Source of the DNA: the human T2T-CHM13v2.0 reference genome, Homo sapiens
Assembly (NCBI RefSeq): GCF_009914755.1
Contig: NC_060928.1
DNA: 64,000 nt
Strand: one strand, 5' to 3'
Shown here one piece after another: positions 1 to 13,479 of the stretch. The notes beneath the pieces are model-generated. The model ran no database searches. It worked only from the letters and a program-made list of their open reading frames with translations, and was not told the origin of the DNA. The position numbers and the translations under genes are program-made. How positions within the stretch are numbered: position 1 is the first letter of the stretch; the number at the start of each line of letters is the position of its first letter.

Positions 1-2989
1 CAAATCACAGCATAATGAATTCCATTAGAGAGTAGATCATCTACAGAAGTTAAAACACAGACCGTTTCTTCTTCCTGGGAAATTGGGGATGTTTTTATGA
101 AGAACAAGGCAAATTCTAAATGGAAAGACAGAATGTAAATTTGTGAAGTAAAGGACATGTTGGATATAAACAAGAACTTGGGCAAAAGAGATAGGCAAGA
201 AATTACAGGACCTTTAAAGAAAATAAGAAATAGCCTATTTCTAGGGTTCCTAGGGTCACAGGAAATATCCTCGATAACGGCAGTAGAATTGAAGAATTAT
301 GGAACAGGATCATGAGCTAAAGAAAGGTGACAGTATTTTGTTTTACCTGATTCTTCATTTACCTACCCCCTCTGTATTTATTTATTTATCTATTTCCATT
401 TTGTATGTAATGTAAACAACCAAAGGGACCTCACATTTTGATTCTTCCACATATCAGTGGGCATAAGACACTAGTGACCAGCTTTTGAGAAACAGCGATG
501 GTAAATCTGCGGTAATCATTGTGTCTTTCTCAGAGTTAATCATACCACTACAGTATTACTCTGCAATCATTTAGCCACAGTAAGAAAATTCATTTTAGAC
601 AACGGATTTTCTAATTATTATTTTTTAATTTCTTTTGTTGAATGACTGGGGACTAGGGAGCCATTATTATATATATGCCTTTCAAAGTCAAACCTGGCTA
701 AAGCTCTGAGTCTTTTTCAAACAACTTTATTAAATATTGTCAACACAAACACAGATAAAGTTGGGTTGTTCTGCAAGTTGATTTTCCTTTTCTTCAAATT
801 AAATGATTATTTTAAACTGCAGAAAGAAGACAATCTTTTTTGTGAATGTGAGAGCTATTGATGTTCAGAAAGTATACTTTGACCATGGGTTTAAAAATCA
901 TTAAATCAAACACTAACATGCAGACAATTTAGACCAAATGTAACATAAAGTATATAATATCTTTTCAAAATAAGGAAGAGAGATATTGTTACTGAGAATA
1001 AACAGTAAAGAAAGGAGAATCGGTAACTGAAAATTTAAACTTTTAAGGATGAAGAGGGTGAGCCATCTGGATTTAATCAGCATAAATCTATAGCTTGCAT
1101 TAGCTCCACAATTAAGACACTCATAAAAATCCACTGTGTGAGTAAGAGCTTTCCTGAATCATAATTTAACCATGATACTCTATCAAATGACTGTTTCATG
1201 CTTCAATTTAAAACCACAAAGAAAATGCATGAAACAAGTGAGTACTGAAAGGGAGAAAATATTTACCAATTGGTTAATTTTCTTCTTGTTAATAAAACTG
1301 ATAAAAATAATTCTTTTAATGATGTTTACTATTCTAATTTTAATGTTTAGTGTCATTATTTATCAATGACGTACAATAGTATTTACTACTACTAACATAG
1401 TAAAATAGATTTATTCTACATTTAATAAGACAAAATGAAAGATATTTTATAATTTAGAGAAAGCAATTATAATATTTTAGAAGAAGGAACTGTAATAGCA
1501 CCATAGTAATAATGTGTGGGGAACTACGGATGCTAGGTCCAGTGAGCTTGAAGTTTAGGAGACAATTTGCCATGAATTTAAATCGCTGTTTCATTTTGTT
1601 GCATTTTACATGTTTTAAAAATAAATTTCTGAAAAGATAGAAGATGCAAAGTTAACTGAAAAGCATAAAGTCTTGGAAAATCGTTAAATTGGAAAATGGT
1701 GGATCTCAAAGTCAGAGCTCTCAACACTTGAACAGTGGTATAGTGGGATCAAGTGAAAGTATCTATTGCACTTTTTTTTTCTTTTAAAACAGAAAGAAGA
1801 GTTCTAGGAAAGGAGACAGAAGTTGGGATCTGGAGCTCAGCAGAAACAGGAAATTCAGTCAGTAGACATTCAAAGAAATCTTGAAGAAGGGAATGAGATT
1901 TTCCATATTTCATGAGATGATGCCATGATCCAATTTTATTTCAATCCCTTTAAGTTAAATAACTTCAGTGGACATCTGGTTTACCAAGTAGCACGCCTGG
2001 GCGGACACTCAGCCCATAAAGCTTTGAGTGTGAAAAGAACCAAGAAGCTATGAAGATATGGATGAGACCAGAGCTGAAGTTGGTATAGTAAGAGCTCCAC
2101 AGAGACTGGTTCAGCTGGATAGAGACAACTATCTGTGTCTATGACATAGGTAAGCAAATGATTTTCTGTAAGTAGAGCTTAGAATTGTGACACTGATAGG
2201 CTTGGAGAAGCATGAGACTATCAGAAAACTAGTAAAGAACAGGAGCCAAAGAAGATTTATCATAGAATAGTCAGAATGTAGTATACTCCTGATGAGATGG
2301 GAATAATTAAGCACCATCATCTACATGGTTGGGTAAAAGAAGGCTTTTAAACAGAATGATTCTGCAGAACACTGGCCTATAAGAATACGTTTTTCTCAGG
2401 TTCTACATTCAAATCAGCTTTGAAAGTGTTGCGGAATTCTGCCACATTCCTGTGTAGCCTCAGAGTTCATATTGACACAATAAATTCCAGAGTAAATGAG
2501 CACTGAAAAAGCAACTATTTTTAACCCGTTTACCTTTATTTAACACGGTGTTAAACCCTCCTGCAAGGGACATAGTTTATTCTCCAACAAAAGTGTGATA
2601 AAAGTTGGAAAATAGCAGTGTTTACAGGGCATGCCTAAAAGACAATGTTCAAAGATTTAAACTGATGCTGAGCTAAGTTCTTGTGATTTTTCTGAACAAC
2701 AAATTGCTTTTTCTGGAAACATAATTTTTTGTGTGTTTGGTAATATTTTTTTTCCTGAACTGACATTGAATTTTTGACAAGAATGGGGGGCAAGTCAGAT
2801 AACAGATGCTGCCGAATAAGGATCAAATATGGAATAGAATATAAATCTGCTTCCTTTGACATTTCCTCTTATTCTTTTGGGTGTAAGAAGGAAAATCAAG
2901 ATGAATCGTGGCAGAAACTGGACTGAGGGGATTTTCTTTTTGCAAATGCATAGATATAAGACTTCTTATGACAGCCATTAATTGTTATT

Positions 2990-3370
2990 CTAAGAAGAAA
3001 AGATAACTTATAGTGTATACAAATGATAGAATAATACTGGGCAATAAAAAGAAACAAACTACTGACCCATGGCACAATAGGCCTGAATTCTGTACATGAT
3101 TAGAAAAATAAAACAGACACAGACTATATACTTGTACTGTGTGTATCTATTCACATGAACATTACAGGCAAAAACTTGTATTGAAGAAAGATCAGAAAAG
3201 TATTTACTTCAGGAGATTTGTCGACTGCAAAGGGGCACAATAGAACTTTCTTGGAACATGGAAATGTTCGATATCATGACAATGGCATAGGTTATACTGA
3301 AGTATGCATTTGTCAAAACCCACCTAACTGCAATAATTAAGATATATATACAGGTATATTTTACCTTACT
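2990..3370 (+). mobile_element. Old L1M (L1MC/MD/ME-type) 3' end fragment
   Basis: Degenerate L1M 3'UTR motifs: gcaataaaaagaaacaaactactg, aaggggcacaatagaactttcttgg, ggaaatgttc, catttgtcaaaacccac. Confidence 0.65.
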
Positions 3371-3547
3371 CATTACAAAGGGAGTATAACCAAATTTTAA
3401 ATTCTAGTTAGTAGATTTTGTTTTTACAATGATATTGGTTAGAAATGCAGAAATGATTTTTTTGAGAATTTTTGGCTTGAGAAATGTGTAAAATAATATT
3501 AAATATAATGAGAGCTAAGTTTCTCACTGTTGGATAAAGAAGTTCCA

Positions 3548-3613
3548 TGTATACATACACACACACACACACACACACACATACATTATGTATATACACA
3601 CACATATGTATAT

Positions 3614-3659
<46 letters not shown>

Positions 3660-3660
3660 C
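3548..3660. repeat. Compound (CA)n/(TA)n microsatellite
   Basis: Two CA runs separated and followed by TA/TG dinucleotides. Confidence 0.95.
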
Positions 3661-3664
3661 TCAC

Positions 3665-4825
3665 TGAATATACCCTGGAGTATCAGATTGAAGTTGAAAG
3701 TCCCAGAATGAACTCATGTTTTACAAACACACACATAAAATGTATATGCACATATATATGTGTATACATGCAAACACATATATATGTATATGCATATACA
3801 CAGATAAATATAATTAAATTAATCATTTTATGTTTCTGCATAAACATGTAAACATATAACAGAGAAAGAGATAGAAATAAGAAAATATTTTAATATGTGC
3901 ATATATGCATATATTTATATACACATGAGTGTGTGTATTTGCATGTGTATTCCAGCTCTGTATGTTGAGGGGGAATAGAGCCATTGGCAAGTCATTAATA
4001 ATGTGAAAAACTAGTGCTCAAATCTTGGTTTATAATCCCCCTCTCCAGTGACAAGAACTATAGATCCTTGGAGAAAAAGTTAAATCCAAGATTGAGGCAA
4101 GGTGTCTGAGCATCTTACTAGACCAGAAATTAAGAAAGTACTTATGCATGATGAGAGTCTACCAATAAGACACAGGAACTATGAACACTTAGGGAGCTCT
4201 TGGCCAAAACTGGAAAAACTTGAGAATCAAAATAATGTCAGCAATGTATTATAGCTCATTGAATAAAATAAAAATCCTCAGGCCTATAGTAAATAAATAA
4301 ATAATTAAACAGTAATACATAAATACACAAAGATGAAAGCTCTTCCTTACAGGGAATATCAAATAAAAAATACAGAAGGAATGATGAAGGTAGAAAATTA
4401 TTACTAGATGCAAAAACTAGTGAGTGAATTTTTAATGTGTTACAAGACATTTACATAATACCATGACATCTCCTCACAAGTTTCCTATCAGATACAAAGG
4501 AAAAACTGGAAAACTTAGGATGAAATACAGTAAAAATTTCCACTATTGGGAAAAACCAATATGTTGTGATATACTGAGAAGGACATATCACTTTTTATAC
4601 TTCGAAAAAATGTCTAAATAAATCTTAACCCAGATTGAAGGGAATTCTACAAAAGAACTGGCATGTACACTTCAGAACTGTCAAGATCAAAAAAGACACA
4701 AAAGAAAACCAAAGAAAAATGACATGTAAACCAGTGAAAGATTCTGCATTGAATCCTGGAATATATAGCTTTAACGAATATTATTGGGGCAGTTAATGAA
4801 ATTTGAATATGGACTATATAGTTTT
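3665..4825 (+). mobile_element. Old L1MC/L1MD 3'UTR relic with embedded TA/CA low-complexity
   Basis: tcccagaatgaactcatgtttt; ctagtgctcaaatcttggttt; ccttggagaaaaagttaaatccaagattgaggcaagg; atttgaatatggactat resemble L1MC 3'UTR. Confidence 0.6.
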
Positions 4826-4829
4826 ATCT

Positions 4830-5020
4830 GAAGTCAATCATCCATTTTTTCCACAATAAGACTGATAACAAATATTTTAGACCTTCTAGGACGTATAGTA
4901 TCTTTTGCAATGACTCAACCCTGCTCTGTAGCAAGAAAGCAGCATAAACATTGTGTAAATAAAGGAGTGTGACTGTGTCCAAATGAAATTTCATTTATAA
5001 AAATAAGTGGCATGGTAATA
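4830..5020 (+). mobile_element. MER58A-like hAT-Charlie MITE
   Basis: aaatattttagacctt...gcaatgactcaaccctgctctgtagcaagaaagcagc...gtgtgactgtgtccaaatgaaatttcatttataaaaa follows the MER58A consensus. Confidence 0.75.
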
Positions 5021-5049
5021 CAGTCCTGACTGATATATAAAGGAATATT

Positions 5050-7610
5050 TTCCCCTGTTTTTCTGCCTTTTCTGATTTTAATTGAACATTTTATATGATT
5101 CTATTTTATCTTCTCTCTTAGCATATTGTATTTCTTCCTAAATACTTTCTACTGGTTGTCCTAGAAGTTTAAATACACATTTTAAACAAATCAAATTACC
5201 TTCAAATAACTCTAGACCATTTCTCCTTCCCATATTTATGCCATTGTTGTCATTCATTTTACCTATCCATATGAAGTCATCAGCCAGTACACTGTTACTA
5301 TTATTACTTTAAATAGTTTTCTTATAGATGAAGTAAACATAAAAAAGTATTTATTTTAATATTGATTTCTTCACCCATGATCTTTCTTCCTTTATATAGA
5401 TACAACTTTCTGACCTTTAATATATTTCTTCTATCTAAAAAACTTTTAGATATATTTTCTTAAAATATAGATCTGCAGGTCTAATGAATTCTTTCCACTT
5501 TTTAGTTTTTAATCAGATAACATTTATTTCTCTCACTTTTGAAGGATAATTTCACTGGATGCAAAATTCAAGGCTGTGTTTTTGCTTTTTTTTAACTTTA
5601 CATACAATCATATGTTTCTTAAAAACAGCAATACATTCTAAGAAATGTGTCATTGGGTGAGTTCTTTCTTGTGCAAACATCATAGGGTGTACTTAACTAA
5701 ACCTCATTGGTATAGCCTACTACACACCTAGACTATTTGGTGTAGCCTGTTTCTCCTAGGCTATAAACCTGTACAGCATGTTACTGTACTGAGTACCCTA
5801 AGCAGTTATAACACAATGGTGTTTGTGTATCTAAACCCTTATACATACAAAAGGTACAGTAAAAATACAGTATTATAATCTTATGGGAATGCCATGATAT
5901 ATGCATGCAGTCTGTTCTTGTCTAGAATATTGTTATGTGGTGCATGACTATATTTAACTCTGTTCTTTTCTTATTTGCATGATTTCCGACAAGAAATCTG
6001 CCCTAATTCTCATCCTTGTTCATCTATAGGTGAGGTATTTTCCCCGACCTCTGGTCTCTTTCATTATGGTCTTTGGCTCTGGCTTTCAGTGGATTGAATA
6101 TGATATGCCTAGAAATAAATTTGTTTTTCTTTTTGTTTTTTTTTTGTCTTCATGGAGGAAATATGTATTCTGCTGATCTCTGAGCTTCCTAGATTGTACT
6201 TGTTGTCTGTTATTAGTGTTGTAAGATGTTTGGCCATGCTTTAAGTTTTTTTGACTCTATTATTTTTTTCTAGAATTCCAATTATGCATGTGCTAGACCT
6301 TTTGTATCATCCTATAATTCTTCAATTCTTGGATGTTCTTTTTGATGACTTTTCCTCCTTTTGTTTTCCCTCCATTTTGTTTTGAAAGGTTTGTATTGAT
6401 CTAACTTCAAACTCAGTGATCCTCCCTCAATCATGTTTAGTTCTTGATGAGTATATTTAAGGCATTCTTCATTCATTAGTGCTTTTGATTTCTATCATTT
6501 AAAACAATTATTTCAATTTCTGGCTCTCTGCTTACGTAACACATCTGTTCTTGCACTTATCTAGTTTTTAAAATTAGAGCTCTTGACTTATTAATTACAT
6601 CTATGTTTCCTATCAGATGATTTGGATATCTCTGTCATAAGTGAGTCTGTTTATAATGCTTTCTTGGCTTAAGAATATTTTTGGGGGTGGGAATAGAGCA
6701 CTGCTATGTCTTGTAATGTTTTATTGAAAGCCAGGCAGCTATTGTTTACAGAAATTAAGGTAAATACAATTTTATTGTGGACATGTTTGTTAATTTGGGT
6801 AGGAGTTGTGCAGTGTTTAAGGACTGCTGCACCTGTAGGGACAAGAAGCTTCAGTTTACTTTTGTGTGGTGTCTTTTTTTTTTCTCTTTGTTCCTCCCTT
6901 GTTTTCTTCAGGTTTCCCTAAGAATGTCTCCTTAAATAGAGTCTGGGTCTTGAAGCGTGTTAATTTGTAATCCACTGTTATATTTGAGCCTTGTTGTGGT
7001 GGTGTTAAGGTATGAGGGAGAACAAATGTTCTATAATCTTGTGATTAAATTACATTCTTTTACTGGGCCTATGTCTAGGGACTGTGAACTTCACAGATGT
7101 TTCTCCAATAATATATTCCCCTGCCACTCCCTTGCCCTCATGCCTCTTTTGGTGAGATAGGAAGGCTACAGGGGGCGAGAATGGGAGGCATGCCTTTTCC
7201 TCAGGTGAAATAAGTTTGGTAAACTATTTCCCTGGAGAGTAGGCCTTTGGCTTGGAGAAAACACTGAGTGTTTCACGTTATTACTCTTACTCTACCTCTG
7301 CCAGAGACATGAGGGGATTTTATTGGCTCTTTACAGTGAGAACTTGGAGAGATACTTAAAAGTTAAAACCACAAAAAGTAAGAGGGCATCTCTAAAACTA
7401 TGACTTTCAGGAGTTTCTCACTGTCATGTTAGTACATACAGAGCCTCCAACAATCTGTCAAAATTGTGATCTAACTATTCCTAAAAGTTCGTGACTTCAG
7501 TAGCTTCTGCTCCAGGTAAGCCAATCTCTACTACAACTATCTGAATTCTACTGTCTCCTCAGATTGTTTTCTGTTTTTCTTGTTATAAAGACAGAAGTGA
7601 AAACTACATG
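5050..7610 (-). mobile_element. Old L1M 5'/ORF1/inter-ORF relic, interrupted by Tigger3a
   Basis: T-rich antisense L1M motifs: ttttgaaggataatttcactggatgcaaaattc, gacaagaaatctgccctaattctcatccttgtt, attgaatatgatatgcctag, ctctgagcttcctagatt. Confidence 0.65.
5605..5950 (-). mobile_element. Tigger3a (MER7A/Golem_A) TcMar-Tigger MITE, full length
   Basis: Decayed TIRs caatcatatg.../...tgcatgacta; TA target duplication at 5603-5604 and 5951-5952; diagnostic tatagcctactacacacctag and cagcatgttactgtactga; 346 bp. Confidence 0.9.
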
Positions 7611-8187
7611 TCAGAGGTGTATTAAGTACTATTTCATTTGGGTCTTTGAGTTAACTATCTTTATGGGTCCCTTTCAATTCTTACATCTTAAAACGTAAGT
7701 AAAATATATACTCATTTTGAGGAAGGGAGATTCTTCACTGAAATAACACTGTAAAATATGTTCAAACTTTATAATAAATGAATGAGCCTTTCAAAGGGTC
7801 TGAGTTTTCTAGAAGTGCTTTAGCTCTAGTTCATTCTTATGGTGAAAGCTTACCTTCTGGAGTTTTCATACACATTAGCAAAACCCATTTATCTAATGCT
7901 ATCCTGGGTAATGCTTAACAAGTTTATGATGGCTTATTTCAAATAAATTTAATAACTCTGACTGAAAAAAAGCATAATTTTAAAGAAAACTCAGAATAAT
8001 ATTTGTTTGTCATAACTCCAAGAACCCAAGACTTAAAGAGAGATAATAACGCTTTGGTAACACTCACTTGTATCCCCAAATTTACTAATTCATTTTCTTT
8101 CTCTTTTTTCCTTTTCCCTTCTCTTTTCTTACTTTCCCCATCCTTTTTAAATTTTTTGATTGATTCCTTTTATTCTGTTTTACCTCC

Positions 8188-8537
8188 TGATATGGTTTGA
8201 CTGGGTCCCCACCCAAATCTCATCTTGAATTCTCACATGTTGTAGGAGGGACCCCATGGGAGGTAACTGAATCATGGGGCAGGTCTTTCCTGTGCTGTTC
8301 TTGTGACACTGAATAAGTCTCACAAGATCTGATGGTATTATAAGGGGGGGTTTCCCTGCACAAGCTCTCTCTTCGCCTGCCACCATCCACATAAGATGTG
8401 ACTTGCTTCTCTTTGCCTTCCGCCATGATTGTGAGGCCTCCCCAGCCACGTGGAACTGTAAGTTCATGAAACCTCTTGTTTTGTAAATTGCCCAGTTTCA
8501 GATGTCTTTATCAGCAGTGTAAAATTGGATTAATATA
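8188..8537 (+). mobile_element. THE1B-type MaLR solo LTR
   Basis: tgatatggtttg start, gattaatata end, ccatgattgtgaggcctccccagcc core; 5-bp TSD cctcc/ccttc. Confidence 0.92.
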
Positions 8538-9289
8538 CCTTCTCTCAATTTTAATTAGTTTTACTTTTAAATTGTTATAGTGTTACTGTTTTTCTCTCCC
8601 ACCTATACTTTTAATGTCTTAAAAGCCAGGAAAGACCCCCTTATATGCACTCTTCCACACAGCAGTGATATTGATGCCTTAAATATTTATGGAACTTCAT
8701 TTATGGAAAACAGAAGAAAGAAAATGTGGATTTCTAACAGCTCTTTAGGAGACTACTTCCTTTATTCACAGAAAGTAAAGGCATTAATAACTTTTCAGCC
8801 TTTGTGTGGCTAATTTTTTAGTTTTTTTGCAGTTTATTCAGGGAAAAGTTACTATTAAAAAAACAGATCAAAATCTGTTTTGTTATTCAGCTGTGGGGTT
8901 GAGGTTTAAATTTGCTACTTTCTGGAATGTACTTGAGTGGAAAGCCAAGGTATAGCTTGGTATCTCAAAGTTAATGCAACCTCATTTTTTTCTCAGTGAG
9001 GATAAATTAATAAAACTCTAGATATGGAGTATTTTTGGACTTCCGTTTGTAGAGGACAGATTTAGTTCAGAAATGGACACAATAACCAAATAACTACTAG
9101 GCGAATCACAGCTATTAAGAATTTTTTAAAAGATAGGAGGGTTCAGATAGGAAGTGAGACTAAGGTCTTGAGCTAAGGAACTCAGTTTTATATTGTCTCT
9201 TATTCACTCTAATACCATTACCTACAAGGTGCTAAGAACACAATAGTTTCTAGATTGAGCACATACTACAACCTGTAAGAAGAGATGGA

Positions 9290-9575
9290 TGCTGAAAAGA
9301 CCAGTTATATGAAAACAGCTGAAGACCTGAATTAAGGCTTTCATGATAGCAGTAGAAAGAAGGTGACAGATGGAAGAAACATTCAGAAAACCAAACAATT
9401 CAAGTGAGAAATGAAAAGGCTGATTCAAGTATGATTCCGAGGTTGCAGGCTTGAGTAACTGAATATTTTAACCAGAATTGATCCTCTTAATAGAATGAAA
9501 AACAAAACAAGATAGAGATTTTGGGGCTACAAAAACAGAAAGTTGAGTTAGGAAAATATTTAGTTTGAGGTTCCT
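9290..9575 (-). mobile_element. L2 fragment
   Basis: Purine-rich antisense L2 motifs: attcaagtatgattccgaggttgcaggcttgagtaactg, tttagtttgagg. Confidence 0.55.
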
Positions 9576-12500
9576 TATTTTTCTTACATATTGTGACATT
9601 AATTTGAATTCATCATTTTAATTTTTTTAGTCCTTTTCAAATATCAGTTTTTCCTTCTGATTTCTGAGTTAATATTCCTACGTTCTATTATTATTGATGA
9701 TGATAAATGTGAGAAACGGGACTGCATTAAAATGATCCTTCCTTGTGTTCCTACTTTATATGACAACATTCTACATGACAGTCGCATTATTTATGTTAAT
9801 CTTACACATGTATTACACTGTGACTTTGCAGATGAGAAGTTCAGAGTGATTAATAGTGGAACCTAGGTCTTTATGAAATATACCATTTCTAAGGTCAATC
9901 ATCCTAGTAAATATATCTAAACACTTTTCATAACCAATGAGATGCTGTAAAAACCTAATGGTAGACAGGAAGAGTCTCAATGTTTTAAGGATAAGAATTT
10001 GAGGCATGCAGAATACTCCTTCTGGTTAAATATATTTTATCTCCTTTCAAGTACATTTAATATCTTCTCCATTTCTTTCAGCTTTTACGAGCTGTCAAAA
10101 TGCTGCCCACCTCTGCTGAGGAGGCCACAGGATGAATTGTGCATTCATGTTGTAAACCACTTAGAGCTTTCTGGGTAGAGTAACTGTTACCACTTGAGGG
10201 CATCCTGTCATTATGTTCTGTAATAGTCCTGAACTTCTAAATTCACCTCAAAACCATGGCTCTCTGACAGAAGAGACTAAGAAAAAGAGAGAAAAAGATC
10301 TTTGCCGGAAATGCTGAGGCAGCAATGAAAATGATAATTTACCATGCTAAATTGGTGTTTCCTGGAGTACTAGGTCAGTGAAGACTGTATTTCAGGAAAT
10401 GCTAAGTCAACAGAAGAGGATAAGTGACACAGATAGAAGTTGATGGAATCTTCCTGGCAGGGACCAAAATAGGAACTCAGACACACCAAATGTTCTAAAA
10501 GTTCAAAAGGTTTTGGCCAATCAAAGGAGGAATCTGCATTCGAAGTTTCCTGAGTAGAGAAGCAAGAAAAACATCATTCTAACAGCATTTCTTAATATAA
10601 AGGTGGCAGTGGTTCTACTTTGAACCTATCAGCTATGGGAATGATATTGAAAATGAATGGCACATCAGGTTGGAAAATTTTAATTGATAGTTTAAACCTG
10701 GACATTAGGATTTTTCTTTCCTAGGTTTTCAACAGAGATGATCAAACAAATGCTTTAAAATATGTGCAAATATGTCTGAAAATTTATAATTGCTATTATG
10801 ATTCAATAAATCTTTCTCCAGTGTTGAATACTAAATAAACATTATTCATGATAATTATGATGACATAATTGCCTTTGGTATTCATCTGTGATTTCAGGAA
10901 AAAAACTAACAAATAGATACTAGGAAAAGAGAAATATTTTGTCCTGAAGAAGAAATTATGATTAAAATTAGGGTGAAGTATATAAAGCTATACTTGAAAA
11001 TATTAAACCAGTAGATTTTACTGATCCAACACAATCTATAGTTTTTGGCAGGCTCAAAGTACTTGTTATAATCTGTAAGTTTATAGTTCATCCAAGTTCT
11101 CAATTTTTCTAGCAGTCCATTACAGAATTAGAGTGAATAGTAATGATTTGTTGTACCAAATTACCTTTAATTTGTTGGGAGGGTAGTGGATATGAGATGA
11201 CATATTTATGAATACAGCACAGGTACCAAGCCTATTTCCTGTATTTGAAGGAAATTGAACTTTTTTCTATTACATTGATGTAGGATGCTGCATATAGTGT
11301 AAAGCAGAGAGGATATGTTTTCAATGAGGAAGTCCAACTCAGAAGCAGTCTTAAAGCAATTATTTTTATTTATAATATAAAATATAACTCTTAAGTGAGC
11401 AGAGTTAATTATACGCACAGAAAAACTGGTTATTCTTAGGAAATTTGGTTCAATACCATTCCTGACAGTTTTTAAATGAAGGGATCATGAGTACTAGGTT
11501 TTTGTTTTTTTGGTTGTTGCTTTTTACGTTTGCTTTTTTCTCATGGTTTAATCCTTAGCAACAGTGGCTGCTTTTAGGTTATTAGCAGCCACATCAGGTC
11601 AACAAAGGAAAGAGCTATGTCAAGTAGTTATTAGTTTAGGACCTGTGTTCTTTAACACACTGTCATGATTGCTTTAGTATGACAAGATAGCGTCTTTAAA
11701 AGATCTAGAAATAAACTTTTCTCATTAAAGGCAAACTATCAATTCTCTCAACCAGAAACATTTGGCAGGGTTTGTCCAAGACCAAGCTGCACAATTCAAG
11801 TTTAGTCTTGGATTTCTATTCAAAATGAAGTTGAAGTTCCACACACACAGTCAAAATAATCCCCTGGGTCCAGAAACAGAGTCTATGACAGGTTGGATAA
11901 AATAAAAATTCCAAGTTTGGATTTCCCTGATAGCTTCAGGATGACAGAAAGCTCTAGGGGTAGGAGACTAGAAAAAAAGTCCGTTAGGGAGTTAAAGTCA
12001 TTTATTGCAGCAAAACCACCGAGGGATAAAAAAAGAAAAAAGAAGAAAATAGAATTCTGGTGAGGTCTAGTTTGTAGTCAGTTTCAAACAAATCATGTGT
12101 GTATGTGATGTATAGTAAATAACTACCCTAAATTGATTTCCTTATGGGGAAAAAAAGTTGCCATCCAATAGATTTAAAAAGTATTATCAGAAAAAATGCC
12201 AGAGGAGATCATTACTATAAAATTTCCAATCATCTTATAAATGCAGGATAAAAAGCAGCTGATAGCAGGGCTAACTTCTTATTCATCTCAGCAACAAGCT
12301 GTTCCTGTTCCGTGAAATGGAGTGAAATGAATGCCATGGCCTTTTTAAGCGGCACAGGGGATCTATTTATTGGGAGAAGAGATTTGCTGAATAACCATAA
12401 AATGCAGAGATAATTTTAGAAGTCAGCTAACAGCTTTGATGTGGAGACCCTCAGAATCCACCTGTCCATAATATCTATTCCTCCTCCAGCAGGCATCTCA

Positions 12501-12977
12501 TTTATTGGAAATCATTTTTCTCATCATCGTCACCTAAAGTGTCTGTCCATTTCCAAAAAGGAGTTTAAAAGATCAACATTGACAATGACAAGTGCAACTC
12601 CTGGCATAATAAAGATTAGGGACATGGAAAATTGCCATTCAGTGCCCATTAATTTTATTGGAAAACAGAAGAGAGAATGTGTTTTAGATATTTTTTATTA
12701 GCACATGTCTGCTTTGGTTCTCTGTGTGCATGACATGAAAGGAAGGTGTAGTGTGAGATGAAAAGGTACATCCAATGTCTTTGGTGGTCCATGCAGGTTT
12801 TCTTTGTTGACTAGAAGGATGAATGGGTTTATTAACAGATATTGTTTTAAGTTGAATCTCAGATTTATTTTGTGTATCAATAGCAAACATTTGCGAATGC
12901 AATTTTCTGGTATTTTCCTTTTACTATTACTTATAATAAAAATAAAACTCACTGTAGCATCCTTCTTTGTACCAAAC

Positions 12978-13360
12978 TGATGTGGTTTGGACTTGTGTCC
13001 CTGCCCAAATCTCATGTTGAATTGTAATCCCCATTGTTGGAGAGGGACCTGATGGGAGATGACTGGATCATGGAGGTGAACTTCCCCCTTGCTGTTCTCA
13101 TGATAGTGAGTGAGTTCTCACAAGATCTGGTTGTTTGAAAGTGTGTAGCACCTCCCTCTTTGCTCTCTCTTCCTCCTGCTGTAGCCAAGTAGGATGTGCC
13201 TGCTTCCCCTTCCCCTTCTGCCATAATTGTAAATTTCCTGAGGCCCCCAGCCATGCTTCCTGTACAGCCTGCAGAACCATGAGCCAATTAAAGCTCTTTT
13301 CTTTATAAATTACCAGGTCTCAAGTAGTTTGTTATACCAACGTGAGAATGGACTAATATA
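12978..13360 (+). mobile_element. MSTA-type MaLR solo LTR
   Basis: tgatgtggtttgg...cccaaatctcatgttgaattgtaatcccc...catgcttcctgtacagcctgcagaaccatgagccaattaaa...ggactaatata; TSD caaac/caaat. Confidence 0.9.
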
Positions 13361-13479
13361 CAAATATTTAAAGCAAAAAATAATAAACTTCTGATAAAAT
13401 ATAAATACGGTCTCTCAAAGATATAAAATATGTAGTCGTTCCTATTTTAAGCAAAGTAGCTTATAAAAAAAAGAAAAGT

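Noticed and set aside
2150-2399. Plus-strand GTAAGC...tttttctcAG 250-nt intron-like pair
   Set aside because: No supporting flanking exon boundaries or reading frame; such sites are frequent by chance
2539-2555. Palindrome tttaacac-g-gtgttaaa (T-box-like half sites)
   Set aside because: Spacing differs from the Brachyury palindrome; AT-rich 8-bp arms are expected by chance in 64 kb
3408-3851. CV/HT-repeat ORFs
   Set aside because: Translation of a (CA)n microsatellite
8180-8467. ORFs over MaLR LTRs (also 13012-13287, 45904-46242, 54720-55040)
   Set aside because: Stereotyped antisense THE1/MST LTR translations
10064-10380. Strong plus-strand acceptor at 10081
   Set aside because: Only mediocre downstream donors and no coherent exon chain
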